The notes under the pieces are model-generated. The model was not told the origin of the DNA. It ran no database searches and was given only the letters and a program-made list of their open reading frames with translations. A program made the position numbers and the translations under genes. From NCBI GenBank assembly GCA_050633465.1, contig JBOEGO010000010.1, positions 3,674 to 67,673 of the forward strand: a stretch of DNA of 64,000 nt, given 5' to 3'. This DNA is from Paracoccaceae bacterium (GTDB taxonomy: Bacteria > Pseudomonadota > Alphaproteobacteria > Rhodobacterales > Rhodobacteraceae). This document shows, one piece after another, positions 21,250 through 31,906 of this stretch (the stretch's first letter is position 1; each line of letters starts with the position of its first letter).

Positions 21250-22169
21250 TTGCCCTTTGCCTTGTTGTTGCCGGTTGCGGTGGATCGAAATCGAAACCGA
21301 CCAAATCTTCGGGCGGAGCCGAGAGCATTTCAAGTCAGGCGGAAATTCCCGCCGCGATGAAGGGCGTCCCCGCCAAGCAGTTGTTCGGTAAGGCAGGCGC
21401 AGGGTCTAAACAACCCGCCGCCGCCTTTGGATCATACGCCAAGGGTTGCGTTGCAGGCGCGGTGCAATTGCCCGAAACCGGCCCGACATGGCAGGCCATG
21501 CGCCTGTCGCGCAACCGCAACTGGGGCCACCCCGAAACCATTGATATGCTTGTTAAACTTAGCGCCAAGGCCGCACAGCAACCGGGGTGGAGCGGGCTGT
21601 ATATCGGCGATATCAGCCAGCCCCGTGGCGGGCCGATGCTGACAGGTCACGCCAGCCACCAGATGGGGCTGGACGCCGATATCTGGATGCTGCCACCGAA
21701 ACGGTTGAACCTGTCACGCAGCGAGCGCGAGAATATCTCGTCCATCTCACTACGCCGTTCCAAGGGCGCATTCACCAATGACAGTTGGACGCGCCAACAC
21801 CACGAGGTGATCAAGGCCGCAGCCAAAGACCCGCGCACCGCCCGTATTTTCGTATTTCCCGGCGCCAAGGTGCAAATGTGCAAGGATGAAAAGGGTGATC
21901 GCGCATGGCTGCGCAAAATCCGGCCATGGTACGGACACCACTATCATTTCCACGTGCGCCTGAAATGTCCAAAGGGCGCAAGGGGTTGCGTCGATCAGAA
22001 CCCGCCACCCGCAGGTGACGGTTGCGCCGATGCACAGCAATGGGTGAACAACATCCTGAACCCGCCGCCCCCGCCCAAAGACCCGCCCAAGGTCAAACCC
22101 AAACCGCGCCGCGAATTGACGCTGGCCGATCTGCCCGGACAATGCTCCGCCGTTTTGCAGTCGCGCTGA
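21228..22169 (+). CDS. mepA: penicillin-insensitive murein endopeptidase
   Basis: Lipobox LVVAGC. MepA metal-ligand motifs [13 protein letters not shown] and HHYHFHVRL. Confidence 0.85.
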   Translation: MVRFAALIALCLVVAGCGGSKSKPTKSSGGAESISSQAEIPAAMKGVPAKQLFGKAGAGSKQPAAAFGSYAKGCVAGAVQLPETGPTWQAMRLSRNRNWGHPETIDMLVKLSAKAAQQPGWSGLYIGDISQPRGGPMLTGHASHQMGLDADIWMLPPKRLNLSRSERENISSISLRRSKGAFTNDSWTRQHHEVIKAAAKDPRTARIFVFPGAKVQMCKDEKGDRAWLRKIRPWYGHHYHFHVRLKCPKGARGCVDQNPPPAGDGCADAQQWVNNILNPPPPPKDPPKVKPKPRRELTLADLPGQCSAVLQSR

Positions 22170-23026
22170 CGGCTGGATTACTGCTTGCTCATGCCCTGCC
22201 CTCTGCCGAAGCAGTGGGCGGGTTACGGTTTGTCGGGCGCTATATCTGGACCGATCCCAACCCCGGCTTTGGCGGGATTTCGGGGTTGGAAATGGCCGAT
22301 GACGGGGCCAGCCTGATTGCGATTTCCGACCGTGGGAGTTTGATCCGCGCACAGGTGACGCGGGATAAGGGGTTGATTACAGGGGTAAATTCTACCCGCA
22401 TCACACCGCTGCGCGACACAGAGGGCACCCCCCTAGAGGGCGCGCGAGCCGATGCCGAGGGGCTGGCGGTGCGGGGTGACGGGCGCATCTATATCTCGTT
22501 CGAGGGGTTTCATCGGGTTTGGGCCTATCTGAACCCCGAGGGCGCAGGCGCATGGCTGCCGCGCCATCCGGATTTCAAATTCATGCAGAACAATTCGTCG
22601 CTGGAGGCACTGGCGATTGATGCGCGGGGTTGGCTGTATACCCTGCCTGAACGGTCGGGAATCGAGGGAAAGCCCTTTCCTGTTTATCGCTACAACGGCA
22701 GTTGGGCCGTGCCCTTTACCCTGCCGCGACGTGGAAAATTCTTGCCCGTCGGCATGGATTTCGGACCCGATGGCAGGCTGTATTTGCTGGAGCGGCACTT
22801 CACCGGATATGCCTTTGCCAGCCGGATCCGGCGATTCACATTGGCCGGCAATCGCCTGCTGGATGAACAGGAATTGCTGCTGACCACGGGCGGGCGGCAT
22901 GACAATCTGGAAGGGATCAGTGTTTGGCGTGACACCAATGGAGAAACTCGTATCACACTGATTTCAGACGATAATTTTAATTTCTTCCAGAATACGGAAC
23001 TGGTGGAATACGCGGTCCCCGACTAA
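22142..23026 (+). CDS. esterase-like activity of phytase family protein (secreted beta-propeller-like)
   Basis: Start set at [24 protein letters not shown] (signal peptide), overlapping the mepA end. Family call from memory. Confidence 0.6.
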   Translation: MLRRFAVALTAGLLLAHALPSAEAVGGLRFVGRYIWTDPNPGFGGISGLEMADDGASLIAISDRGSLIRAQVTRDKGLITGVNSTRITPLRDTEGTPLEGARADAEGLAVRGDGRIYISFEGFHRVWAYLNPEGAGAWLPRHPDFKFMQNNSSLEALAIDARGWLYTLPERSGIEGKPFPVYRYNGSWAVPFTLPRRGKFLPVGMDFGPDGRLYLLERHFTGYAFASRIRRFTLAGNRLLDEQELLLTTGGRHDNLEGISVWRDTNGETRITLISDDNFNFFQNTELVEYAVPD

Positions 23027-23120
23027 ACCACTTGCCACAATCCACCCAAGCAGCTAAACGCCGCCCGTTCCCGATGGTCGGGGGCCAAGTCGCCGCAACC
23101 TTGTAAAAACGGGCTTATAC

Positions 23121-23750
23121 ATGAACCGCGCACATCTTTTAGGCATTATTGCCATGGCCATTATTGTGGTGGCCGCGAACATTCTTGTTCAATTCATCAT
23201 CCTGGACGGTCTGCTGACCTGGGGTGCATTCACCTATCCGCTGGCCTTTTTGGTCACCGATGTCATGAACCGCGTTTACGGGGCCGAGGCCGCACGCAAG
23301 GTGGTTTTCGCCGGATTTTTCACCGGAATTGTCTGTTCGCTGATCGGCAGCCAGATCATGCTGGAGTTCGGCCCCGCCGTGCCGCTGCGCATTGCAATCG
23401 GATCGGGCGTGGCATTTCTGATCGCGCAAACCCTTGATATCAAGGTATTTAACCGCCTGCGTGAAGGCGCGTGGTGGCGTGCGCCGCTGGCGTCATCGGT
23501 GGTGGGATCGGCTGTTGATACCTTTTTGTTCTTTGGTATCGCCTTTTCCGCCAGCCTGCCATTCCCCGAGGCGGCGAATGCCGCGATCAACTGGTCGTGG
23601 GAATCTGTGCCCTTCCTGAACGTCGGTCCGATGGCCCCGTTGTGGACCTCATTGGCCTTTGCCGATTGGGTTGTGAAACTGGCGATTGCCATGGTTGCTC
23701 TTGTGCCTTTTCGCATCATCGTGGGGTCGCTTACTGCAAAACACACATGA
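23121..23750 (+). CDS. yhhQ: queuosine precursor transporter (YhhQ/VUT family)
   Basis: 209-aa polytopic ORF. TYPLAFLVTDVMNRVYGAEAARKVVF matches the conserved YhhQ core. Confidence 0.85.
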   Translation: MNRAHLLGIIAMAIIVVAANILVQFIILDGLLTWGAFTYPLAFLVTDVMNRVYGAEAARKVVFAGFFTGIVCSLIGSQIMLEFGPAVPLRIAIGSGVAFLIAQTLDIKVFNRLREGAWWRAPLASSVVGSAVDTFLFFGIAFSASLPFPEAANAAINWSWESVPFLNVGPMAPLWTSLAFADWVVKLAIAMVALVPFRIIVGSLTAKHT

Positions 23751-23973
23751 TTTTGTTTTGCGTTTTGAAAAATCTGTGCCACGATTTGTTTACGGTCAGC
23801 GGCTAAGCTGGCTGCACGGTTCAACAGATTGAAAGGAGGTGCTTCAGTGTCTAATGGGATGTTGGAGAGAGGTGTCGGAACAGTTTGGGGAGCGCGCAAC
23901 TGAGGCAGCCCTTGGGAGCGAAACTACCGAAATTGGTGAGCGCCTAACCGGCCCCACCTCCGTAATTCTCTAA

Positions 23974-24003
23974 GGGTCGCCCAAATCGGGCGGCCCTTTT
24001 TGA
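23974..24003 (+). terminator. rho-independent terminator of an unannotated short transcript
   Basis: GGGTCGCCC-aaatc-GGGCGGCCC followed by TTTTT. No annotated gene ends here. Coordinates +/-2. Confidence 0.65.
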
Positions 24004-24106
24004 TGCGCTGTTTGCACGGGTGCAGATCATAGGAAGCAGTGCTAGAATCATATGAATCGTAGGAAACAAGGGGGAAAATCCATGAAAACGCCCCATATGA
24101 AACACC

Positions 24107-24526
24107 ATGCTGAAAATCACCGACCAAATCTCGATCGAGGACTGGGAACTGACCGAACAATTTGTGCGGTCGTCCGGCCCCGGCGGGCAAAATGTGAATA
24201 AGGTGTCAACGGCGGTCGAGCTGCGGTTCGAAGCGGCGCGTTCGCCCAACCTGCCCGATCCGGTGAAATCGCGGTTGCGCCGGATCGCAGGGCGTAAATG
24301 GACCAAGGAAGGCGCGGTGGTGATTCAGGTCGAAGAGACCCGCAGCCAGGCCCGCAACCGCGACATCGCCCGCGCGCGTCTGGCCGAAATGATCCGCCGC
24401 GCAACCGAACGCCCCAAACGCCGCATCCCGACCAAGCCGACCAAGGGCAGTCAGCGGCGGCGGTTACAGGCGAAAAAGGAACGCGGAGAGGTCAAGGCGC
24501 TGAGGGGCAAGGTTGACGGGGATTGA
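24107..24526 (+). CDS. arfB: alternative ribosome rescue factor ArfB (peptidyl-tRNA hydrolase)
   Basis: 139-aa ORF. SSGPGGQNVNKVSTAVELRF (GGQ motif) and a basic C-terminal tail. Confidence 0.92.
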   Translation: MLKITDQISIEDWELTEQFVRSSGPGGQNVNKVSTAVELRFEAARSPNLPDPVKSRLRRIAGRKWTKEGAVVIQVEETRSQARNRDIARARLAEMIRRATERPKRRIPTKPTKGSQRRRLQAKKERGEVKALRGKVDGD

Positions 24527-24692
24527 GGCCGCCATTTCTGCGGATGCCCCGGCAGAGAAGGACGTTTGAGGTGTTGTCTTTTTCCTGCTGGCCTATGTGG
24601 AGGTTGTGCTGACCTTCCTGGCCGGTCCGTATTTGATTTTCACCTTTGCCTATAGCGACCTGCAAGCGCGCTTCCTGCGTTTTGACGGAGTG

Positions 24693-26255
24693 CTAAGCCC
24701 CCTCCCAATACTTCACCCGCAACTCCTTTTTCAGGATTTTACCGATGGAGGAACGTGGCAGGTCATCGCGGATTTCCACCGCACTGAGCCGGTGGCTTTT
24801 GCCGAGTTTGGTGTTGGCATCGGCGCAGATGTCGGCACCGGTGCGGGTGGCACCGTTGCGCAAAACCACCAGACCCAGCGGGGTTTCGCCCCATGCATCA
24901 GAGGGCACGCCGATCACGGCGGCATCGGTCACGTCCGGATCGGCCAGCAGGATCAATTCAAGGTCGTTGGCATAGATGTTCAGCCCGCCGGAAATGATCA
25001 TGTCCTTTTTGCGATCCGACAGCACAAGGAAGCCATCCGCGTCGAATGACCCCATATCGCCGGAGCGGAAGTAGGCATCACCATTGCTGTCGCGCCAGAT
25101 ATAGTCGGCTGTCAGATCATCGCGCCCGAAATATCCGGCCATCATGGTGGCAGAGCGGCCGACGATTTCGCCAACCTCGCCCTGCGGCACCTCGGCCCCG
25201 TCGGTGCCGATCAGTTTGATCTGCGCACCGGGTGCGGGTTGGCCGACTGTGTGCAATTTGTCGGGGTATTCGTGGGCCAGCAGGACGGTGACGCCACCGC
25301 CCTCGGTCAGGCCGTAGTATTCATTCAGCGTGCCGGGGAAACGCGCCAGCACGTCTGCCTTTACATCGGCGCGCAGGGGCGCGGAGGTGGAGAGTTTCAT
25401 CTTCATCGAGGTGAGATCAAAGGTATCGAAATCGGGCACATCCATGATGCGTTTGTATTGCACCGGCACCAGCATGGCGTGGGTTATGCGTTCTTTTTCA
25501 ACCAGCTGCAGGAAATGACGCGCATCGAATTTGCCCATCAGATGCACGGTGGACCCGCCATAAAGCGTGGGCAGAAAGGCCACGATCGTGGTGTTGGAGT
25601 AGAGCGGCGTGGACAGCATAGTGCGGGCATTGTCGGCGTAACCGTTGGGTTCAACGCGGTCCATCTGCACGGCGCGCATCCAGTGATTGTGCAGGATGCC
25701 CTTGGGCGTGCCGGTGGTGCCAGAGGAATAGATCAGGTTGAAATGATCATCCCATTCGATGGCAATTTGCGGGTCTGTATCATCGGCCGCGGCCATGACG
25801 GTTTCGTAATTTTCGAACCCGTCAGCGGTGAAATCCAGCGCGATGCGGCGGATATTCATGGCATCAATAAAGGGGATCAGATCGCGGTATTGGCCAGCCA
25901 GAAAAATGGTGGTCGCGCCGCAATCGGTCAGCATTTTTTGCAGCGCATCCGCCGAGGCCATGGTGGAGAGCGGCGTGACGCAACCACCGCCGCGCAGCAC
26001 CCCCATGAATATTTCCGCATAGGCGGCAGAGTTGGGCGACAGCACCGCGATATTATCGCCTTTTTTCAGCCCCTTGGACAGCAAAAGATTGGCCACGCGG
26101 TTGATACGGGTATCGAATTCGCCCCAGGTCAGGCGGGTGTCACCGCAGACGATTGCCGCGGCCTGCGGATGGGCGGCGGCGTTTTCACGGACCTTTTGCA
26201 CGATGTTTGTTTCGGGCTTGGTTTCCGGATTTGCGGGTGTGAAAATTTGCGACAT
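24693..26255 (-). CDS. AMP-binding acyl-CoA synthetase / fatty-acid-CoA ligase
   Basis: AMP-binding motifs YSSGTTGTPKG, YGLTE and GDMG..D..G. Start moved to MSQIFTP..., preceded by GGGAGGGGAG. Confidence 0.85.
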   Translation of the reverse strand: MSQIFTPANPETKPETNIVQKVRENAAAHPQAAAIVCGDTRLTWGEFDTRINRVANLLLSKGLKKGDNIAVLSPNSAAYAEIFMGVLRGGGCVTPLSTMASADALQKMLTDCGATTIFLAGQYRDLIPFIDAMNIRRIALDFTADGFENYETVMAAADDTDPQIAIEWDDHFNLIYSSGTTGTPKGILHNHWMRAVQMDRVEPNGYADNARTMLSTPLYSNTTIVAFLPTLYGGSTVHLMGKFDARHFLQLVEKERITHAMLVPVQYKRIMDVPDFDTFDLTSMKMKLSTSAPLRADVKADVLARFPGTLNEYYGLTEGGGVTVLLAHEYPDKLHTVGQPAPGAQIKLIGTDGAEVPQGEVGEIVGRSATMMAGYFGRDDLTADYIWRDSNGDAYFRSGDMGSFDADGFLVLSDRKKDMIISGGLNIYANDLELILLADPDVTDAAVIGVPSDAWGETPLGLVVLRNGATRTGADICADANTKLGKSHRLSAVEIRDDLPRSSIGKILKKELRVKYWEGA

Positions 26256-26347
26256 GGGGCTCCCCTCCCTGAAATTCTGGCGGAGTTTCGGGGAGGAACG
26301 CCCTAGGGTCAAGGGGTTGCGGAACAGATTTCCGCAGAATGAAAATG

Positions 26348-27640
26348 CTAGACCTCGACCTTGATTGCGGTTTGATCGCCCACGCCGAACACACGTTTGT
26401 AGCGTGCGATTTCATCGGCTGGTCCCATGGCCTTGTTCGGGTTGTCGGACAGTTTGACCGTGGGTTTGCCATTGGCCGATACCGCCTTGCATACAAGGGA
26501 AAACGGCGCGAGCGCATCATCCACCGTCAGCCCGCGAAAATCATTGGTCAGCAGGGTGCCCCAGCCAAAGGAGGGGCGAATGCGGCCCGCGAACCGGGTT
26601 TGCAATTCGCGGATTTTATCGACATCCAGACCGTCGGAAAAGATCACCATTTTTTTGGTCGGATCCTCGCCACGGGATTTCCACCAGTCAATCGCCACCT
26701 CGGCGCCGGTTGCGGGATCGCCGGAATCAATGCGGATGCCTGTCCAACCGGCCAGCCAATCGGGCGCGTTTTCCAGAAAACCACGGGTGCCATAGGTGTC
26801 GGGCAGCATGATACGCAGGTTGCCGTCGTGTTCTTCGTGCCAGTCGGCCAGAACCTGATAGGGGGCCTGTTTCAGCGCCGCATCGTCGCCCGCAAGGGCG
26901 GCATAGACCATGGGCAATTCATGGGCGTTGGTGCCGATTGCCTCTAGGTCGCGGTTTTTCGCGATCAGGCAGTTCGATGTGCCAACGAATTTTTCACCCA
27001 GGCCTTCGGTCATGGCCTGCACGCACCAATCCTGCCATAGGAACGAATGCCGCCGCCGCGTGCCGAAATCGGCGATGCGCACGCCATCGAGGCTGCGCAG
27101 GCTTTTGACCTTTTCCCACAGCTTGGCCATGGCGCGGGCATACAGGATTTGCAGTTCGAATTTGCCCATCTGGTGCAGGACAGACCGCCCGCGCAGTTCC
27201 ATCAGGATGGCAAGGGCGGGAATTTCCCACATCATGACCTCGGGCCATGACCCTTCGAATGTCAGTTCATACTGGCCGTCGCGTTTTTCAAGGTGATAGG
27301 GCGGCAGGCGCAGGTTTTCGAACCATTCCATGAAATCGGGGCGGAACATCTGGCGTTTGCCATAAAACGTATTGCCGCGCAGCCAGGTCGATTCACCACG
27401 GGTCAGGGAAAGGGAGCGCACATGGTCCAACTGCTCGCGCAGCTCGCCCTCGTCTATGATATCGGCCAGCCGGATGGTTTTGGTCCGGTTGATCAGGGAG
27501 AATGTGACCTGCGTGTCGGGGCTGTTGCGAAACACCGATTGGCACATCAGCAGTTTGTAAAAATCGGTGTCGATCAGGGACCGGACAATCGGGTCTATCT
27601 TCCACTTGTGATTGTGGACACGGGTGGCGATATCTACCAT
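26348..27640 (-). CDS. pncB: nicotinate phosphoribosyltransferase
   Basis: 430-aa ORF: DTDFYKLLM..., FGTRRRHS, GTSN. Confidence 0.92.
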   Translation of the reverse strand: MVDIATRVHNHKWKIDPIVRSLIDTDFYKLLMCQSVFRNSPDTQVTFSLINRTKTIRLADIIDEGELREQLDHVRSLSLTRGESTWLRGNTFYGKRQMFRPDFMEWFENLRLPPYHLEKRDGQYELTFEGSWPEVMMWEIPALAILMELRGRSVLHQMGKFELQILYARAMAKLWEKVKSLRSLDGVRIADFGTRRRHSFLWQDWCVQAMTEGLGEKFVGTSNCLIAKNRDLEAIGTNAHELPMVYAALAGDDAALKQAPYQVLADWHEEHDGNLRIMLPDTYGTRGFLENAPDWLAGWTGIRIDSGDPATGAEVAIDWWKSRGEDPTKKMVIFSDGLDVDKIRELQTRFAGRIRPSFGWGTLLTNDFRGLTVDDALAPFSLVCKAVSANGKPTVKLSDNPNKAMGPADEIARYKRVFGVGDQTAIKVEV

Positions 27641-27709
27641 TTCTTGCTCCGGTGCGTTGGTTGCGATGGCTTAAAGCAAATGCAAGGCGGGAAAGGCAAG
27701 GGGGTTGAC

Positions 27710-28309
27710 CTAATTGGTCAGGGTAACGCCTGCGGATTGCATGGCCTGTGTCGCGGCGTTCAATGATCCATCCATATCAATCGCGCGGCACAGATCGGTT
27801 TTGACAGTGACGTTATAGCCAAGCCGCGCCGCATCCAGCGCCGAGAAGTTGACGCAGAAATCCAGCGCCAGCCCGACCATGGTCAGGTCGGTGATGCCGC
27901 GTTCATTCAGGTATCCGTGCAGGCCGGTCGGGGTGGTTTGATCATTCTCGAAAAACGCGGAATAGCTGTCGATGGCACGGCGGAACCCCTTGCGGATGAT
28001 CAGGTCGGCGGGATCAACATGCAGACCGGGGTGAAAGGCCGCGCCGTCACTGCCCCAGACGCAGTGATCGGGCCATAACACCTGCGTGCCATAGGGCATT
28101 TCAGTGGTGTCAAACGGCGATTTGCCCGCGTGCTGGCTGGCAAAGGACGAGTGATCAGCGGGGTGCCAGTCCTGGGTCAGCACCACGCAGGGGATGTGCT
28201 GCATCAGGGCATTGACGCCGCCAATGATCTGGTCGCCACCCGACACGGCCAATGCCCCGCCGGGGCAGAAATCATTCTGGATGTCGATCACGATCAGGGC
28301 TCGGGTCAT
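27710..28309 (-). CDS. pncA: nicotinamidase / pyrazinamidase
   Basis: Start at [14 protein letters not shown]. Isochorismatase-fold catalytic Cys context (LDFCV). Lies directly upstream of pncB. Confidence 0.9.
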   Translation of the reverse strand: MTRALIVIDIQNDFCPGGALAVSGGDQIIGGVNALMQHIPCVVLTQDWHPADHSSFASQHAGKSPFDTTEMPYGTQVLWPDHCVWGSDGAAFHPGLHVDPADLIIRKGFRRAIDSYSAFFENDQTTPTGLHGYLNERGITDLTMVGLALDFCVNFSALDAARLGYNVTVKTDLCRAIDMDGSLNAATQAMQSAGVTLTN

Positions 28310-28408
28310 GTGTTTTGTCCTTTTTCTACCCCAAGCGGTAAAACCCGATGCGCCCTGCGTCAACTGTGGCGCTTGAATGGAGCGGGTTCTGGGCGTAAAT
28401 CGCGGGGC

Positions 28409-29323
28409 ATGTATACAGTTTGCGCCCTATATCACTTCACCCGATTCCCCGACCCCGCCGCGATCAAACCCGCGCTGCTGGACCTGTGCATTGCGCAGGG
28501 GGTCTGCGGCACGCTGTTGCTGGCACAAGAGGGGATCAACGGCACCATCGCGGGAACGCGCAGCGGGATTGATGCGGTGCTGGCGCATATTCGCGCCCTG
28601 CCCGGATGTGGCGATCTGGAGTGCAAGGAAAGCACAGCGAGCGAGCGCCCCTTCCCTCGCATGAAGGTGAAACTGAAGCGTGAAATCGTGACCATGGGGC
28701 AGCCGGATGTGGACCCGGTGGCAAAAGTCGGCCATTACGTGGATGCGCAGGACTGGAACGAATTGATCCGGGCGCCCGACGTGGCCGTGATCGACACGCG
28801 CAACGATTACGAGGTGGCGATTGGCACGTTTCAGGGTGCAATAGACCCTGCAACCGACAGTTTCCGCGATTTTCCCGCGTGGTGGGATGCCAATAAGGAC
28901 CGGTTCCACAACAAACGCATCGCCATGTTTTGCACAGGCGGCATTCGCTGTGAAAAATCCACGAATTTCCTGATGTCGCAGGGCGTCGAAGACGTTTACC
29001 ACCTGAAAGGCGGCATCCTGAAATACCTGGAGGACGTGCCCGCCGAGCAAAGCACATGGGACGGTGAATGTTTCGTGTTTGACGGGCGGGTTTCCGTGGG
29101 TCACGGGCTGGTCGAGGGGCCGCATATCCTGTGCCATGCCTGCCGCCGCCCGATCATGCCCGACGACAGGAAACGCCCCGAATACGAGGCGGGCGTCAGT
29201 TGCCACCACTGCGTGGATGACACCAGCGATGATGACAAGGCGCGGTTTCGCGAACGTCAGAAACAGATCGAACTGGCCCGCCAACGTGGCGAGGTGCATT
29301 TGGGCGACGGGCGCGGGGTTTAA
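28409..29323 (+). CDS. trhO: tRNA uridine(34) hydroxylase / rhodanese-domain protein (UPF0176)
   Basis: Start at [13 protein letters not shown]. Rhodanese active-site loop CTGGIRCEK and a C-terminal Cys cluster. Confidence 0.85.
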   Translation: MYTVCALYHFTRFPDPAAIKPALLDLCIAQGVCGTLLLAQEGINGTIAGTRSGIDAVLAHIRALPGCGDLECKESTASERPFPRMKVKLKREIVTMGQPDVDPVAKVGHYVDAQDWNELIRAPDVAVIDTRNDYEVAIGTFQGAIDPATDSFRDFPAWWDANKDRFHNKRIAMFCTGGIRCEKSTNFLMSQGVEDVYHLKGGILKYLEDVPAEQSTWDGECFVFDGRVSVGHGLVEGPHILCHACRRPIMPDDRKRPEYEAGVSCHHCVDDTSDDDKARFRERQKQIELARQRGEVHLGDGRGV

Positions 29324-29379
29324 CCGACCCCGCCCTTTCATTGTTCTAAAAATACCTCAAACCACCGCAGCGCAGCGCA

Positions 29380-30612
29380 TCACACCGTTGCGGCCCTTGT
29401 CGCCCGACCGCTGCGCATCAGGATCATGATCAGGATCGCCGCATTCAGCACATTCCAGCCGATTCCATTGACGAAAGCGGCGAAATAGCTGCCGGTGACA
29501 TCGTAGATCCAGCCCGACATCCAGCCCCCCAATGCCATGCCCATGATGGTGGCCATCATCACGAAACCGACGCGCGCGCCTGCCTCGGCCGAGGGCATGT
29601 ATTCACGCACGATCACGGCATAGCCCGGCACGATGCCGCCCTGCGCCAGCCCGAACACGGCGGACACGATATAGAGCGGCACCAGCCCGTCGAACGGCAG
29701 ATACAGCACCAGCGCCAGCCCCTGAAGCGCCGAGCCGATCAGCACGGTCAACACCCCGCCCAGATAATCGGCCAAGAGGCCCGACAACAGCCGCGACACC
29801 ACCCCGCCCAGCAACATCAGCGACAGCATTTCCGCGCCCACGGCAGGCCCGTATCCCAGATCGACGCAGTAGCTGACGATATGGACCTGCGGCATCGACA
29901 TCGCCACGCAGCATCCGATGCCCGCCAGCCCCAGCACCCACATCAACGCAGCCGGTGAAAACCCCGATGCGCGGGCGCGGGATGCGGATATGGCATCGGA
30001 ATGGACCGAGGCCGCAAGCGGCACGCGGCGGCGCAGGAACAGCGACAGCGGGATCACCAGAACAGGCACTATTACGGCCAAACTCAGGTATACCGCGCGC
30101 CAGCCGCCCGTGGCCAGAACCCCCGACAAAACGATGGGCCAGATCGCGCCGGACAGGTAATTGCCCGATGCGGCGATGGCCACGGCAATACCGCGACGGC
30201 GCAGAAACCACAGCGATATATCGGCGATCAGCGGCCCGAAACTGGCCGCTGTTCCCAACCCCACGATGAATTGCAACGCGGCCACCACCCAGATCGACGG
30301 GGATATGGCCGCAAGCGCCGAGGACAGCGCGATCACCATAGCAGAGCCGATCAGGGCCAGTGTGATACCGAACCGATCCACGATGCGCCCCGTGATCATA
30401 TTGCCAAGCGCAAAACCGACCATGGTCAACACATAAGGAATGGAAGCATCGGCCCGCGCCACGGCGAATTCGGATTGCATGGACGGCATCACCACGATGA
30501 TCGACCACATGCCGACATTGCCGACCATGGCGATCAGCAGCGACAGGCCCAGACGGGACCATGCATATTTGCTGTCCAGAACATTGGCGTCAGTCATGGC
30601 GGAATGTGACAC
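29380..30612 (-). CDS. MFS transporter
   Basis: 410-aa ORF with about 12 TM segments and an MFS motif region (GRIVDRFG). Confidence 0.8.
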   Translation of the reverse strand: MSHSAMTDANVLDSKYAWSRLGLSLLIAMVGNVGMWSIIVVMPSMQSEFAVARADASIPYVLTMVGFALGNMITGRIVDRFGITLALIGSAMVIALSSALAAISPSIWVVAALQFIVGLGTAASFGPLIADISLWFLRRRGIAVAIAASGNYLSGAIWPIVLSGVLATGGWRAVYLSLAVIVPVLVIPLSLFLRRRVPLAASVHSDAISASRARASGFSPAALMWVLGLAGIGCCVAMSMPQVHIVSYCVDLGYGPAVGAEMLSLMLLGGVVSRLLSGLLADYLGGVLTVLIGSALQGLALVLYLPFDGLVPLYIVSAVFGLAQGGIVPGYAVIVREYMPSAEAGARVGFVMMATIMGMALGGWMSGWIYDVTGSYFAAFVNGIGWNVLNAAILIMILMRSGRATRAATV

Positions 30613-30646
30613 TAATATGCGAGTTAGGGTCTAATTTTGGCATGAC

Positions 30647-31906
30647 TCAATCCGACAATTGGCCCGGCTGCATCGCGGCCAGTGTGTTGATCCATTCGAT
30701 CTGGCGCGGAAGGCAGATGGTTTGCAGGTCATAGTTTTCGACCACATGTTTGCGCGCAGCGGCCCCCATGCGGGCGCGGGCGGCAGGATCGTCCAGCAGC
30801 GCCGAGACTTGTTCCACCAATCTATCGCCATCAAAGAAATCGACCAAACGCCCTGTTTCGTCGTGGCGGATTGCCTCGTGCAGGGGGGCGGTATCGCTGG
30901 CCACGATGGCGCATTCGGATGCCATTGCCTCGAACAGGGACCATGACAGGACAAAGGGATAGGTCAGATAAACATGGCAGGTGGACACCTGAAGCAGTTT
31001 CAAAAACTGCGGATAGGGGATTTTGCCCAGAAAATGCACGCGGTTCCAATCCGGGGTGGAAATGCGGCCCCGCACCTCGTCTATGAATTTCTGTTTCCAT
31101 GTCTGGCCCTTGGGCGGGCGGGCACCATAGCTGACATCATCACCGCCCACGATCAGCACGCGGGCGTTTGGCCGTTCCTTGAGCAGTTGCGGCAGGGCAC
31201 GCATGAACACATGGTAACCGCGATACGGTTCAAGGTTGCGATTGACGAAGGTTATGACCTCGTCGTTGCGGGTGAATGTGGGGCCATCGGGCAGTGTTAG
31301 GGTCACATCCGGGTCTGGCACGACGGCCTTTGTGTCGATCCCGTCGTGGATCACGGAAATCTTTTCGCGGAATTCGGGCGGGAAGGTGCCAGCCTGAAAT
31401 TCGGTGGGGGAAATGCCCATATCGCCAATCGGGAAATGGATCAGGTTGTTCAGATTCTTCATGCGGATGCGCAGGTGCTGATCCTCGTCCACGCGCGGCT
31501 GGAATTCGGGATCAAAGCCAAGGTGATTGGGATCGGAGCGGTGATAAAGTTCGTAATAGAGCCCGATCCGTGCGGTGGGCCAGACATCGCGCAGGAACAT
31601 GGATTCACCCCAACCGGGGTGCGCAACGATGATATCGGGGGTGAACCCCTTGTCGCGCAGGACGCGGGCGGCACGGTAACATGCCTCTGCGCGGATCACC
31701 TTGGTGTCGGTATCCAGCAACCACGGATGCACGCCGCGTTGTTGGGGCGCCTTTAACCCATAGGGCAGAATACGCACGCCCTGCCAATTCTGCGGTTCCT
31801 TGACCCGCAGGGTCAGCGCCACGCATTCATGCCCCGCCTTGGCCAATGCGGGGGCCAGATGTTTGAACTGGCCGGGGAAATTCTGGTGAATAAAGAGGAT
31901 TTTCAT
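30647..31906 (-). CDS. glycosyltransferase (GT4-like)
   Basis: Start moved to MKILFIHQNFPGQFKHL.... GT-B fold C-terminal E-x7-E region (FEAMASECAIVAS). Confidence 0.8.
   Translation of the reverse strand: MKILFIHQNFPGQFKHLAPALAKAGHECVALTLRVKEPQNWQGVRILPYGLKAPQQRGVHPWLLDTDTKVIRAEACYRAARVLRDKGFTPDIIVAHPGWGESMFLRDVWPTARIGLYYELYHRSDPNHLGFDPEFQPRVDEDQHLRIRMKNLNNLIHFPIGDMGISPTEFQAGTFPPEFREKISVIHDGIDTKAVVPDPDVTLTLPDGPTFTRNDEVITFVNRNLEPYRGYHVFMRALPQLLKERPNARVLIVGGDDVSYGARPPKGQTWKQKFIDEVRGRISTPDWNRVHFLGKIPYPQFLKLLQVSTCHVYLTYPFVLSWSLFEAMASECAIVASDTAPLHEAIRHDETGRLVDFFDGDRLVEQVSALLDDPAARARMGAAARKHVVENYDLQTICLPRQIEWINTLAAMQPGQLSD

Noticed and set aside
23027-23120. A possible preQ1 riboswitch upstream of the queuosine-precursor transporter yhhQ.
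   Set aside because: I could find no preQ1-I/II/III consensus, such as the A-rich tail AAAAAACUA adjacent to an SD-sequestering hairpin. There is only a generic CCCGTT...AACGGG pairing. An Rfam scan could still overturn this.
23760-24003. Whether the yhhQ-arfB spacer holds the permuted two-piece tmRNA (ssrA) typical of alphaproteobacteria, since arfB is a rescue factor.
   Set aside because: There is no GGTTCGA-type T-arm with flanking acceptor/CCA, and no tag reading frame of the ANDN...(L/V)AA type in any frame. Only a CCACCTCC string superficially resembles a tmRNA 3' end.
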